Shown here piece after piece: positions 46,199-60,621 of a stretch of DNA of 64,000 nt (position 1 is the first letter of the stretch; each line of letters opens with the position of its first letter). A model generated the notes under the pieces. It made no database searches. It saw nothing but the letters and a program-made list of their open reading frames with translations, and was not told the DNA's origin. Made by a program: the position numbers and the translations under genes. The stretch comes from the human T2T-CHM13v2.0 reference genome, Homo sapiens, in assembly GCF_009914755.1 (NCBI RefSeq), contig NC_060930.1. One strand, given 5' to 3'.

Positions 46199-46508
46199 GA
46201 TAATTGACCTTTTGAAGATGGTAGCTGAGCCTTACAACTCAGGCTCATGGTTGACTCTGTAGTTTGATAGAGAATAACAAGTTAGCCATCTGTCAGCTAA
46301 AAAGCTTTGCTGCTTTGTGGGTGGTATCTTGGTGCTGGATTATTAATATCATGTGAAGTTATTCATTAATTCTTTGCCATCATCTCAGAGGGTCATAGCA
46401 TATTTATTTCTCTGCATCTGAACATACCAGCATGATCTAAAGCAATTTGTTGATATGTAATGTTATTTGCTAATAATCATGTGATTTTTATCATTTCAAA
46501 CTAATTTC

Positions 46509-46648
46509 TCAGAATTACCTGATTAACTGTGGGTTTTCCTTTAGTGACATAAGTGTATATTTAATAATTTCCCAATTTCAGAATTACTTGATTAATTATG
46601 GGTTCTCCTTCAGCGACATAAGTGTACATTTAGTAATTTCCCAATTTC
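46509..46648. repeat. Tandem duplication, 69 bp x2
   Basis: CAGAATTAC at 46510 and 46579; both copies end GACATAAGTGTA.ATTTA.TAATTTCCCAATTTC. Confidence 0.92.
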
Positions 46649-47024
46649 GTTAGAGTCACAGTATGTGGGCAAATCTGTGGGTTCTTAATGTGCCTTTATA
46701 TATTATGTCTAAGTGTTCAGATAAAAATAATTTAGCTTAGAAAAAGAAAATAAAAATTAAAAAGGAATTAAAAATTTAACAGGTCAGTTATGTGACCTTT
46801 ATTATTAAGCTAATCTAATACTTAATCTGTTTTCAAAACTGTGAATTTACTAAATTATGAATAAGAAGTCCATTTTTGCTGCACTTACAGAGATGAGATG
46901 AAGAGCTGGCCACCAAGGAAGGCTCTCACAGGTTGGCAGTAAGTAGGCAGAGCCACTGACCCAGAATGCGGATCCTAGATTTTCACATTTTGAACTTCAG
47001 TTTCATCAGGAACTTAGAACTTAG

Positions 47025-47711
<687 letters not shown>

Positions 47712-49609
47712 AGGAACAACTGTTAAGTGTCAAACTCAGAAATGATTGTTGTGTATGTGATTCACAATGTCAATTTATTCAGTTACAATGAAAGCTGTTT
47801 CTATCTGTTTCTAATTAATGGAAGATTAATCTAAGTTACTGCTTTCTCCTTGCATCAAAGTCCCTAATCCTCAATTAGTATTTAAAATTATGTTTCAAGA
47901 GTTCACAATTTGGTTAACGGGAACTTGACAGTTGCATCTATACTAGAGAAGCATTTTGGTTTTATATTACGGACCAACTCCATTTGCTTGGGGTGCTGGG
48001 TTGGAAAGTAGTTCAAAATGACATTTGAGGCCAGTGAAAAGGAATGCTATGATTGAATGACAGTGTCTTACACCTGTCCAAGACTGCTAGTGTGAGCTGA
48101 GCTTGCTGTGTATTTGACATCTTTGACTGAGGCTATTGATGAAAAGCTCACAAGTATCCTTGACCCACAATGTATCACAACATTCTGGTCCCCTCACTCT
48201 AGTAATTAAAAAACAGGTGTTTTCTGGCTGCATTGCCTCTTTCCTTTAGACAAAGATCGAAATAATGTTATTATCTAAAATATTACTCTCTTACACAGAT
48301 TACCACCTTTTTGTGACCATGTTTTTTTGTGATAGGTGACAATATCCTTAAGTAGGAAGTTGCTTTCTTTAGTTATATTATAGTCCTAAGAATAGCCCCA
48401 GTGATGCTTCCACAGTTTCCATAAACATTTTTAAAAACCAGTCCTGAAAGATGTAGGATAATATTTGATGTTGACATATGATTAATTCAATGAGGACTGA
48501 CTCTATTTTATAATTGCCAGAAGTGAGTGGATTGTGTCACCAGATTTAGGGGCACTCCACACCACTTTATGCTGAAAACTTGTTTTTAGTGCTCCATACT
48601 ACCAAAGACTTCATAGTTTGTCTCGTGAGTCTCTAAACTTTTCTTGATAGGGATTGGCTTTTGATGTTGCGGAAGTCTTATGCTATACGGGTAAGGAAAG
48701 ACACTCACAACATGGGCCTTATGCACACAGCATCTTAGCAGTGGGAGCAGAGCCTGCTCAGGCTTCAAGACTGACCAGAAGAGGGCAGACAACCTCTTGG
48801 ATTACCTTGATTTAAGTGATTGCCTCTCCTCTGTAAAGGACAGAGATTTCACCCCCAAGACATTCCTTTGGTGTGACAGTAGGGACTGAGAGATACAGAT
48901 TTGAAGAGCTAGTAAGCAAGAATACATTATGATTTTTTAAATCATAGTTTCATATTTTTAAAAGGAGACTGCTTACTTAACAGGATAACTATTTTTCTTC
49001 TTTAATTTCAATTTGGATGAGCTCAAGGATGCTATGCCATACTTATTATACTAGACTTCAAAAGGCTTTGTTTAAAGCAAAGCAAGCCTAAAATCTACAC
49101 AACTCTGAAAATCACTTCAGAGAATCTTGAATAAACTTTTCTTCAGGGTATTTCAGACTAATCTAAGAAAATATTTGCTTGAACACTGTGTGTATTTTTT
49201 AAAAGGAATTCTGTTCAGCCCCTCGTTATTAATGTTTATTTTATTTGTGAAGTTCTTTAGACTCTTCAGAAGGAGGGTTAATGATTAAGAACCAAGGTAA
49301 AACATTGTTTCTTTTTTATTCTTATATTTCATTCAACTGAAAAAGATCTTAATCATTAGCATGACATATTTATTAATGTTTCTAATTTCAAGGATTAATT
49401 TTTATTTTTGCAAGGATTAATTTTTTTTTTTTTTGCAATATGGCTGTTAGAATGACCTCAAAATTATATAACTCCCTGCTTTTTGGTTGTGTAAAAATTT
49501 GTACATGATTGAGTATTCTGAATGTCTCGAATGCCTCCAAGTCCTTCATCTCCAGGGTCAGTTTGCCCTTCAGTATCCAACAATTATAGTCCAATCTTGC
49601 ATACCTTGA

Positions 49610-50020
<411 letters not shown>

Positions 50021-52231
50021 TGATTATTTTTTTATCAGTCTGTATCAGTTACAAAGTTTTCAGCTTCAACTGGCATAAACCTGACTCAAGTTGGGCTTCA
50101 CTATTGAAGGTATTGACTCACATCAAGGCACTGCAGAGGTAGGGCATGCCTCAGAGGTGGTGGTTTGATGAGATGGACTTGGGTTCTTTTTGTCTATCTG
50201 CAACTACATCCACTAGATAAATTGCATCCTAAATTTCTCTTGCGGTCATAGGATTGTAGTCAGTAGCATTTGGGAATACAGGCTTCCATTTTCAAGTCTA
50301 AGAAGAAAGAACTTGACTGTTTGTAACTTACTCTTAAGAGTTAAGATATTTCTTTCCTAGGAGACCACAGCAAAACTCTCCTCATCTCTCATTGGTTTAA
50401 ATGAGCTTAGGCCTTTCCACTGACAACTTCCAGCAAGGGGAATGGGATTATCATAATTGGCCCATATTAATCAGTGATCCTTGTCCCCCCTCTCCCAGAC
50501 CCAGGTGGGGTAGAAAATGGATATTGGGTAGTCAGTCATTCCATATCATGCTGCTATGGACTGATGTTCTGGGCTTTTCTATTTGTTGCCCCTTACTGCA
50601 TTATACCTGCTTTCTAGGCTGCTGCCACTTCCCTGCCCTTCTTGACCCTAGGCATAGACATAATAGTAAAAATGGCAAGTTTAGTTTTCCCAAACATAGA
50701 CACATCAGTAAAGACACTTGGAGACTGCAATATGGGAAACAAAAACATAATACTGAGTACTGAGGTCTTGCCTTGTCTCTTTCTCCTGCCTTGCCTTCTC
50801 CTGCTTCCTGTCACCCGCTTCTTCCCTTCCTCTTCATTTCCTGAGGCCTCCTCAATTCTTGATGCAAATCAGTATCCAGGTGGCCCACGGGGTCCCATGG
50901 GGGACCATGTTGGTGGATGAAAAGAGAATGCCAAGAAGGTAAATGGGAGAATTTGGTGATAAGAGCAGATGGCTGACCAGAGACACTGGATGTCAGTTCT
51001 CCTCAGAAAGATCAAAGTTACTGGTGAATGGACAAGTTCTGAATGGAAAGCTGAGAGAAGAGAACCAGGATCTGTTGGAGTGCCTATGGGAAGGAGCTGG
51101 GGTACAAAAAAGGAAAGCAGCAAGAGTCTGGTAAAGGTCAACCCAGGAAACTCAGAGTCCATGGAAAGGGTAGGTGGGAGTGCCCTTGGTGGGAGGAGCC
51201 CTACAAAAGCCCCCTCATGACAAAGGAAATAAGGGCACAGCACCAGTTACTGAAGTGGGCGGCACTGGCTCCCAGGAACAGATGTGAAGGAATATCATCT
51301 CCTGCCTTCCCCGATAACTTGTTGGGGATGCAACTTCCCACCGGGGGCCAGAGCACATGCACTTGGAGAAAGTGTTTTTCATACTTTTTGTGGTGGCTTC
51401 ACCCTCGCTGAAAGTGAGTCCATGCCGTTTGAGCTTGTACAAAGCCCAACTCCCCATCCCTAGTCCCTATACAGAGCAGTAGCATCTAGCAATGGAGGAG
51501 AGATTGGCCATAGAGTTGCCTGCTCTGGACCAAGGGAAGAGGGTCTGCCCTGAGCCCATATTGGGGTAGCTCTCAGAGGGGTGTGTCCAGGGCCTGCAGC
51601 CACACTGTGGTGGGGAACCAAAGGTCAGTCTTTATGAAATAAGGGTCATGAGCCCTATGACAGGGGTGTGATAGGGAAGTGGATCACATTCCTGCCAACT
51701 CAGGATGAGGAGTTGGTACACACCCCAGCCCCTTCCCCTGACACTTCAGTGCACCCCAACACAATCTCTTCCTACCACCCATCCTTCAGGGCAGGTGCTT
51801 CCACTCATCATCAGTCCACCTGACGACAAGCCAGCTTTTACACTTAAGCACCATCTATTGGATTGCAGCCTGAACTGCATCACCAAATAAAAAGCAAGCC
51901 TGCTGCCAGACAGGCTAAGTGCTGGTACATGGGACAAGCTTTCTGAGATATCAGAACTCTCAGTCAGTCCTGAAGGAGATAGTTTGTTGGCTCATACATC
52001 CAATGCATCACTACAACAAGCAACATCTAAGAAAGCCACTGCACAGAAGCTATCCACAACCAATGAACCCATATAGAGTCTTGGCCCACTGAAAACACCC
52101 AGGAATGAAGCCAAATGACCATATGCAGTGTACACCTTAGTCAGGCCCTCAAGAGAAAAAAGAATTTAAAAATAAAAATGTCCCATCCAAACAATAGAAA
52201 ATTCAAAAATAAGAAGCACCAGTTCCCTCAG

Positions 52232-53200
52232 ATGAGAAGGAATCAGCACAAGAACTCTGAAAGTACTAAAAGCCAGAGTTCTTGACCCCTCCGAAGGATT
52301 GCATTCTCTTTCTAGCAATGGATCCTAATCAAATTGAAAAGTTTGAAATGACAGAAAAAGAATTCAAAATATAAATTGCAAGGAAACTCAATGAGATCCA
52401 AGAGAAAGTTGAAATCCAATAAGAAGAAGCCAGAAAAATGATTCAAGATATAAAAGACAAGACAGCTATATTAAGAAAAAACCAAATAGAACTTCTGGAA
52501 TAGAAACATTCCCTAAAGGATTTAAAAATACAGTTGGAATCTTTAACAATAGGCTAGGCAAAGCAGAAGAAAGCATTTCAGAGCTTGAACGCTGGTCTTT
52601 TGAATTCACCCAGTCAGACAAAAATCAAGAAAACAGAATTTTAAAAAATGATCAAAGCCTTAGAGAAATATAGGATTATGTAAAGTGACCAAATTTACTG
52701 ACATTGGCATTCCTGAGAAAAAAGAAAAAGCAAGCAACTTGGAAAACATACTTGAGGAAAAAAATTCAGGAAAATTTCCCTAATCTTGCTAGAGAAGTCA
52801 ACATCCAGATATAAGAAATTCAGAGAACACCTGCAAGACACTTCACCATATGACCATTCCTGAGGTACAGTCATCAGACTATCCAAGGTCAATGTGAAGG
52901 GGAAAAATCTTAAAGGCAACTAGAGAAAAGGGTCAAAATTACCTATAAAGGAAATCCCATCAGACTAACAGTAGACTTCTCAGCAGAAACATTACAAACC
53001 AAAAGAGATTGGGGGCCTAGTTTTAGCCTTCTTAAAGAAAAGAAAATGCTGCCAAGAATTTCATATCCTGCCAAACAAGCTTCATAAACGAAGGAGAAGT
53101 AAAGTCATTCCCAGAGAAGCAAATGCTACGGGAATTTGTCATTACCAGATCAGTCTTAAAAAAATACTCAGAAGAGATCTGCACATGGAAACAAAAGAAT
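52232..53200 (+). pseudogene. L1 ORF1 remnant
   Basis: ATGAGAAGGAATCAGC start; GAAAATTTCCCTAATCT; CCCATCAGACTAACAGTAGACTTCTC; multiple stops. Confidence 0.8.
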
Positions 53201-53292
53201 GACGCTTGCTACCATAAAAGCACACATAAGTACACAGATCATATAAGGCAATTATATAATTGAGACTACACTATTTATCACTTAGCAACAGT

Positions 53293-56200
53293 ATGACAGG
53301 AACAAACCTCACATATCGATATTAACCTCTGGGACATAACGAAAGCAGTATTAAGAGAAAAGTTTATAGCACTAAATGCCGACATCACAAAGAGAGATCT
53401 CAAATTAACAACCTAACATTGCACCTAAAGGAACTAGATAAACAAAAAGCTTAAATGCTTCACTTAAAAGACACAGAGTGGCACATTGGGCAGAAATAAG
53501 ACCCAAGCTTCCACCGCCTTCAAGAGACCTATCTTATGTGTAAAAACATTCATAGGCTCAAAATAAAGGGATGGAGAAAGATCAATCACACAAATGGAAA
53601 ACAAAAAACAGCAGAGGTTACTATTTTTATATCAGATAAAACAGACTTTAAAGCAACAACAGTAAGAAAAGAGACAGAAGGGCATTATTTAATGATAAAG
53701 GGTTCAATTCAACACTGCGTATGCACTGAACATCAGAGTACCCACATTTATAAAACAAATTCTACTAGACCTAAAGAGAAAGATAGACAGTGATCCAATA
53801 ACAGTGGGTGACTTCAACACTCCACTGACAACACTAGACAGATCACTGTGGCAGAAAACTAACAAAGAAACTCTGGACTTAAATTGGACTCTTGACCAAA
53901 TGGACCTAATAGACATCTACAGAATATTCCACCCCACAATCACATAATATAATTTTTCTAATCTGTGCTATGAAAAATTCTCTAAAATTGACCATACACT
54001 TGGTATTACAGAGAATCTCAGTACATTTTTAAAAACTGAAATCATATCATATCAAGCATCTTCTCAGACCACAGTGAAGTAAAATTATAAATCAATACCA
54101 AGAAGAACACTCAAAACAACAGATGTACGTGGAAACTAAACAATTTGCTTCTGAATGACTTTTGGGTAAAGAACAAAATTAACGCAGAAATATAAAAATA
54201 TTTTGAAACAAATGAGAATGGAGACACAACACACCAAAATCTCTGGGACATAATGAAAGCAGTATTAAGAGAAAAGTTTATAGCACTAAATGCCGACATC
54301 ACAAAGAGATCTCAAATTAACAACCTAATGTTGCACCTAAAGGAACTAGATAAACAAAAACAAAGCAAACACAAAGCTAACAGAAGAAAAGCAATAACAA
54401 AGATTATAGCAAAACTAGATGAAATTGAGGCCAAAAAACCAGACAAAGGATCAACAAAACAAGAAGTTGGTTTTTTGAAAGGATAAACAAAATTGATAGA
54501 TTGTCCTAGATTAACCAAGAAAACAAGATTGTGCAAATAACCACATTCAGAAGTGACAGAGGTAGCACTAGCATTACAACTGATACCACAAAAATACAAA
54601 AGATCCTCAGAGACTACTAGGAACATCTCTGTGCACACACTAGAATATCTATAGAAAACGAATAATTTTCTGGAAACATGAAACCTCCCAAGAGTGAACC
54701 AGGAAGAAATTGAAATGCTGAACAGACCAATAATTAATTGTGAAATTGAATCAGTAATAAAAAATCTACCAAACAATAAAAGCCCTGGACCAGATGCATT
54801 TAGAGCCAAATTCTACCAGATGTTCAAAGAAGAACTGGTACTAATCTTACTGAAAGTATTGCAAAAAATCAAGTCAGACGTATTCTTCTCTAACTCATTC
54901 TGTAAAGCCAGTATCATCCTGATACCAAAATCTGGCAAGGACAAAACAAAAAGGAAACTACAAGCCAATATCCTTGATAAACACAAACACAAAAATCCTC
55001 AGCAAACTACTAGCAAACCAAATCCAGCAGTGCATCAAAAAGATAATTTATCACAATCAAGAGGGTTTTATTCCTGGGATGCAAGGATGTTTCAACATAT
55101 GCAAATCAATAAATGTGATTCATCACATAAACAAAATTAAAAACCAAAATTATATGATCATCTCAATAGACAGAAAAAGCATTTGATAAAAAAATCCAAT
55201 GTCTCTTCATGATAAAAACCCTCAACAAACTAGGCATTAACAAACTAGGCACTGAAGGAACATATCTCAAAATAATAAGAGCCATTTATTGCAAACCCAC
55301 AGCTGACATGATATTCAATGGGCAAAAGCTTGAAGCAAGCATTCCCCCTAAGAACTGGCACAAAACATGGATGCCCACTTGTACCACTCCTATTCAACAT
55401 AGTACTGAAAGTTCTAGCTACAGAATTCAGAAAAAATAAAGAAATAAAAGGCATCCACATAGGAAAAGAGAAAGTCAAATTATCTCTGTTCTCTGATGAC
55501 ATGATTCTATACCTAGAAAATCCTAAGGATTTCTCTGAAAGACTCCTAGACATGATAAATGAATTCAGCAAAACTTCAGGATACAAAATCAACATACAAA
55601 TATCAGTAGCATTTCTTTATTATTATTATTATACTTTAAGTTCTAGGGTACCTGTGCACAACATGCAGGTTTGTTACGTAGGTATACATGTCCCATGTTG
55701 GTTTGCTGCACCCATCAACTCGTCATTTACATTAGGTATTTCACCTAATGCTATCCCTCCCTCAGCCCCCCACCTCCAACCAGCCCCGGTGTCTGATGTT
55801 CCCCGCCCTGTGTCCACGTGTTCTCACTGTTCAACTCCCACCTATGAGTGAGAACATGCGGCGTTTGGTTTTCTGTCCTTGTGATAATTTGCTGAGAATG
55901 ATGGTTTCCAGCTTCATCCATGTCCCTGCAAAGGACACAAACTCATTCTTTTTTATGGCTGCGTAGTATTTCATGGTGTATATGTGCCACATTTTCTTAA
56001 TCCAGTCTATCATTAATGCATATTTGGGTTGGTTCTAAGTCTTTGCTATTAAATACCAGTAGCATTTCTATACATCCAGGATGTTCAAGCTGAAAACCAA
56101 ATTGAGAACTCAATCCCATTTACAATAGCCAAACAAAAAAGAAAATACTTAGGAATACACTAAACCAAGAAGGCGAAAGATCTTTACAAGGAGAACTGCA

Positions 56201-57650
56201 TAACACTGATGAGTGAGATCACCGATGGCGCAAACAAATGGAAAAGTATCCCATCCCCATGAACAAGAAGAATCAATATCATTAAAATGACCATACTGCC
56301 CAAAGCAATCCATAAATTCAATGCTATTCCTATCAAATTACCAATGCCATTTTTTCACAGAATTAGAAAAAACAATTCTAAAATTCATGTGAAACCCCCA
56401 AAGAGCCCAAATAGCCAAAGCAATCCTCAGCAAAAAGAACAAATCTGGAGGCATCACGTTGCCTGAGTTTAAACTATACCATATGGCTATGGTAACCAAA
56501 ACAGCATTGTAATAGTGAAAAACAAACAAACAAACAAAAACCAGACACATAGATCAGTGGAACAGAATAGAAAACCCAGAAATAAAGCCACACCTACAAC
56601 CAACTGGTCTTTGACAAAGTTGACAAAAATAAACAATGGAGGAAGGACATCTTATTCAATAAATGGTCTGAGAAAACTGAGTATCCATACACAGAAGAAT
56701 GAAACTGGACCCCCACCTCTCACCATATAAAAAATTAACTCAAGAGGAATTAAATACTTAAATTTATGACCTCAAAATATGAAAATTCAGGAAAAACTCT
56801 TGTGGACATTGGCCTAGACAAAGAATTTATGACTAAGACCTGAATAGCAAAGGCAACAAAACCAAAAATAGACAAATGAGATGTAATTAAACTGAAGAGC
56901 TTCTGCACAGCAAACAATAAACAAACAAACACACAAACCAGAAACAATCAATAGAATAAACAGACAACCTCCAGAATGAGAAAAGTATGCATGCAACAAA
57001 GGACTAATATCCAGAATCTATATGGAACTTAAACAAATAGCCCATTAAAAAGCAGGCAAAGGACATGAACAAAGATTTCTGAAAAGAAGATATACAAGAG
57101 GCCAACAAACATAGGAAAAAATGCTCATCAACACTAATCATCAGAGAAATGCAAATTAAAACCATAATGAGATACCATCTCACACCAGTCAAAATAGCTA
57201 TTATTAAAAAGTCAAAAATAACAGATATTGGCAAAGATATGAAGAAAAGAGAACACTTACACACTGTTGGTGAGAAAGTGAAGTAGTTCAACCCTTATGG
57301 AAAACAGTATTGAGATTTCTCAAAGAACTAAAAATAGAACTACCATTTGACCCAGCAATCCCACTGCTGAGTATCTGTCCAAAGGAAAATAAATTGTTTT
57401 ATCAAAAAGACACCTGCACTTGTATGTTTATCTCAGCAGTATTCACAATTGCAAAGACATGGAATCAACCTAAGTGACCATCAGTGGTGGGTTCGACAAG
57501 GAAAATGTGGTACATATGCACCATGGAATACTATGCAGCCATAAAAAAGAATGAAATAATATTTTTTTGCAGTAACATAGATGCAGCCAGAGGCCTAAGT
57601 GAACTAATGCACAAACAGAAAATCAAGTACCACAAGTTACCACTTATAAG
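53293..57650 (+). pseudogene. L1 ORF2 remnant (EN/RT), disrupted
   Basis: [46 protein letters not shown]; many stops, frameshifts and insertions. Confidence 0.88.
55617..56050 (-). mobile_element. 5'-truncated younger L1PA (PA6/7-like) 3' end inserted antisense into ORF2 of the older L1
   Basis: (TTA)n tail plus TATACTTTAAGTTCTAGGGTAC; 19 bp TSD AAATAYCAGTAGCATTTCT at 55598-55616 and 56051-56069. Confidence 0.95.
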
Positions 57651-58169
57651 TAAGAGCTAAACAATGGGTACATGTGAACATAAAGATGGAAACAATAGAT
57701 ACCAGAGGCTTTAAAATTTGAGGGGGCAAGGGTTGAAAAACTGCCTGTTGGGTACTATGTTCGCTGTTTGGGTGGCGAGTTAACTACAAGCCCAAACCTC
57801 AGCATTATGCAATACACCCATGTAACAAACTGCACATGTATCCCCTGAATCTATAATACAATAATACTCAGTACCACATATTACTGTTCCTAGAGGTGAT
57901 CGACTGTGTGCCTGCCCTGGGGGACTCTACTGAACATTGCTCTCTTCGGTACCTTTCCTGCCTCTATTGTTCAGGGGCAGCATGTCTCCTGTAAGTAGGG
58001 GTCCTCTTCACTTTGTCTTTCATCTCCAGAATCACAAATCACAATCTTTTCTGTTTCATATCACAGTACAGGAGAAAAAAATAGATACCCTCACACCACA
58101 TATGGCCAATGACATCCAAATTATTCTTCTATGTCTGATCTCTCTGTTGAGGTCTGAACTAAAGCAGCT

Positions 58170-58630
58170 AGTGTCTATTGTAATGGAGCCAATATCTCCA
58201 TTTAGGTACTTAATAGGCAACTTAAACTTAACATGGCCAAAAGGTTAACTCTATATTCCTCCTCAATCTGAACCTTTTCCTCTCCCAGGCCTTTCCATGA
58301 ATAGAAATAAATGTATTTATTTATAGAAACTCATTTACCCAGTTGATTAAGCCAAAAAGTTTGGAGTCAAAATCAAATTTTTTCCTTTTCTTTAAAATCC
58401 ACATACCATTCATCAGTGAGTTATGTTGGCCACACATGCAAAAACACATCTGGAATCCATCTGCTTCCTTTTTCTCCACTGCTCTACCACCCCAGTCCAA
58501 AATTCCATCACCATTCACCTAGCTTGCCTCTTAACTCCTGTCCCAGTTTTCACTATTGCACCTATATGCACTTTATTGGCCTGGTAATCTTTTAAAACAA
58601 TATATAAAATAATGTCACCTCCATTCTGAA
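58170..58630. mobile_element. L2 fragment
   Basis: AGGCAACTTAAACTTAACATGGCCAAAA...CCACTGCTCTACCACCCCAGTCCAA. Confidence 0.6.
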
Positions 58631-59003
58631 TATATTCTACATTTTAATTCTTTATTTTGTATGTGTGTTGCAAGTCTATCTTCCAGTTTTTTTCGTGTTT
58701 TTATTATGTTTTGATTAACATAAGGTTTTAATTTTAAAGTTTTCGAATTTATAAATATTTTCCTTTAAGTTTGTCATTTTTGTTTTTTCTTTAATAAATT
58801 CTAACTTGAGTGTATAAACATTTATCTACATTTTCTCCTATATGTTTAAATGTTTTCCCTTTCAAATGTAAGTTTTAAATTTCCTGGGACTGATTTTTAT
58901 GTATTATATGAGGTACATATCCAGCTTTTTTCTTACACGGTTAAACAATGGTTTTGTCAACATTGTTGAACAGTCCTAATTTTCCCATTGATCTGAAGTG
59001 CCA

Positions 59004-59234
59004 CCCAGGCTGAAGTGCAGTGATGTGATCTCGGCTTACTGCAACCTCCGCCTCTTGGGTTCAAGCGATTCTCCTGCCTCAGCCTCCTGAGTAGCTGGGA
59101 CTACAGACACATGCCACCATACCCAGCTAATTTTTGTATTTTTAGTAGAGACAGGGTTTCACCATGTTGGCCAGGCTGGTCTCGAACTCCTGACATCAGG
59201 TGATTCACCCGCCTCGGCCTCCCAAAGTGCTGGG
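59004..59234 (-). mobile_element. AluS truncated at both ends, no tail, flanked by a 10 bp direct repeat
   Basis: TGAAGTGCCA at 58994-59003 and 59235-59244. Confidence 0.92.
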
Positions 59235-59717
59235 TGAAGTGCCAAATTTGTTCATAAATCAAGTTTCCATAAATGTATAGATTAGTTGTTGGGCTTCTCT
59301 CTTTAGTTCCACTGAACACATTCTCTATGTCTATGCTAATATTACACTTTCATCTTAGTTGCTAGAGCTTTATGACTTTTTACTGAAGTTAAAACAAATC
59401 TCTCCACTTACTCTTTTGCTTTAGGAGAGTTTTGGCTCTTTTCCGGACTCTTGGAATTCAGTGCATAGAATCATCTTGCTAAGTTCCATGAAAAAAAATT
59501 ATGCCGAAATTTTAATTTTATCCAAACTTTAAGTCGAGATTATAATTGATATTTAAAAAACTATATTGAGTCTTTCTAAAAAGATGGCGTATCACTCTAC
59601 TTATTTAGGTATTTTAAGATATCTTTCAATAAACTTTTGTAATTTTTCTACAAAGTGCTTACATATTTTAATGGTTTTTACTTAGTTGCTACTATAAACA
59701 CTAAAATTACATTTTCT

Positions 59718-59995
59718 TCCTTTTTTTTTTTTTTTTTTTTTTTTTTGAGACAGAGTCTCACTCTGCTGCCCAGGCTGGAGTGCAGTGGTGCAATCTTGGC
59801 TCACTGTAGCCTCTGTCTCCTGTGTTCAAGTGATTGTCATGCCTCAGCCTTTCAAGTAGCTGGGACCACACATGTGCATCAGCATGCCCTGCTAACTTTC
59901 TGTATTTTTAGTAGAGATGGGGTTTCACCATGTTGCGCAGGCTGGTCTTGAACTCCTGAGCTCAGGCAATCCGCCCACCTCAGCCTCCCAAAGTG
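59718..59995 (-). mobile_element. AluS, 5'-truncated, long T tail
   Basis: 16 bp TSD TAAAATTACATTTTCT at 59702-59717 and 59996-60011. Confidence 0.94.
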
Positions 59996-60621
59996 TAAAA
60001 TTACATTTTCTATTTGTTGCTGGTATATAGAAATGAAGTAGATTTATTTACATTGGTTTTATTTCTAGCAACACTGCTAAACTCTTATATATCCTAATAT
60101 TTTTCTATATATTCTGTGGGTTTTATGTGTAAACTTTCAACTGTATCATCTAAAGAATTATAGTATTTGTTCTCAATTTTAAATACTTAATTCTTTGACT
60201 TATTTTTTCCTTATCTTACTACCCTGTCTATAATCTCCAGAACAATGTTGAACAGAAATTGTGATAGGAATAATAATTTTTCCTGATTCTAAAGAGAATG
60301 TTTATATTCTTTTAGAAAAATGATAGCAATAAGGCCTTTGTAGATTCCCTTTTTCATGTTATGAACATTCAATTCTACCAGTTAGATAAGAATTTTAGTC
60401 ATGAATGGATATTAAATTTTGTTAAATATCTTTCCTGAGTCTGTAAAGAAGGTCATATGGTTTTCCTCCTTTCAGATATTATTGGGATGCAATGTGTTGA
60501 TTGATCTGCTGATATTCAAACAACCTTGAAATCTTGGAATAAATACAACTTGGCAATCTCATCTTTTAAAATAAATTGCTAATGTGCTAATATTGCTAAT
60601 GCTAATATTTTGTTTAGGACT

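Larger units (their letters stand above)
50958..57860 (+). mobile_element. Near-full-length decayed L1 (L1PA15/16-like)
   Basis: GC-richer 5'UTR beginning AGATGGCTGACC; ORF1 remnant from ~52232; ORF2 remnant from 53293 with RT motif [10 protein letters not shown]; 3'UTR AAGCCCAAACCTCAGCATTATGCAATA...CCCCTGAATCTA. Confidence 0.93.
58660..60620 (-). mobile_element. Old L1ME fragments hosting two Alus
   Basis: CTCCAGAACAATGTTGAA, TTGTTGCTGGTATATAGAAAT, CATGAATGGATATTAAATTTTG. Confidence 0.7.

Noticed and set aside
50401-51457. Dense ORFs of 80-124 aa in GC-richer sequence
   Set aside because: They overlap the L1 5'UTR and its flank; no recognisable domains or splice structure
50958-57860. Potentially active full-length L1
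   Set aside because: Both ORFs are broken by many stops, frameshifts and two insertions
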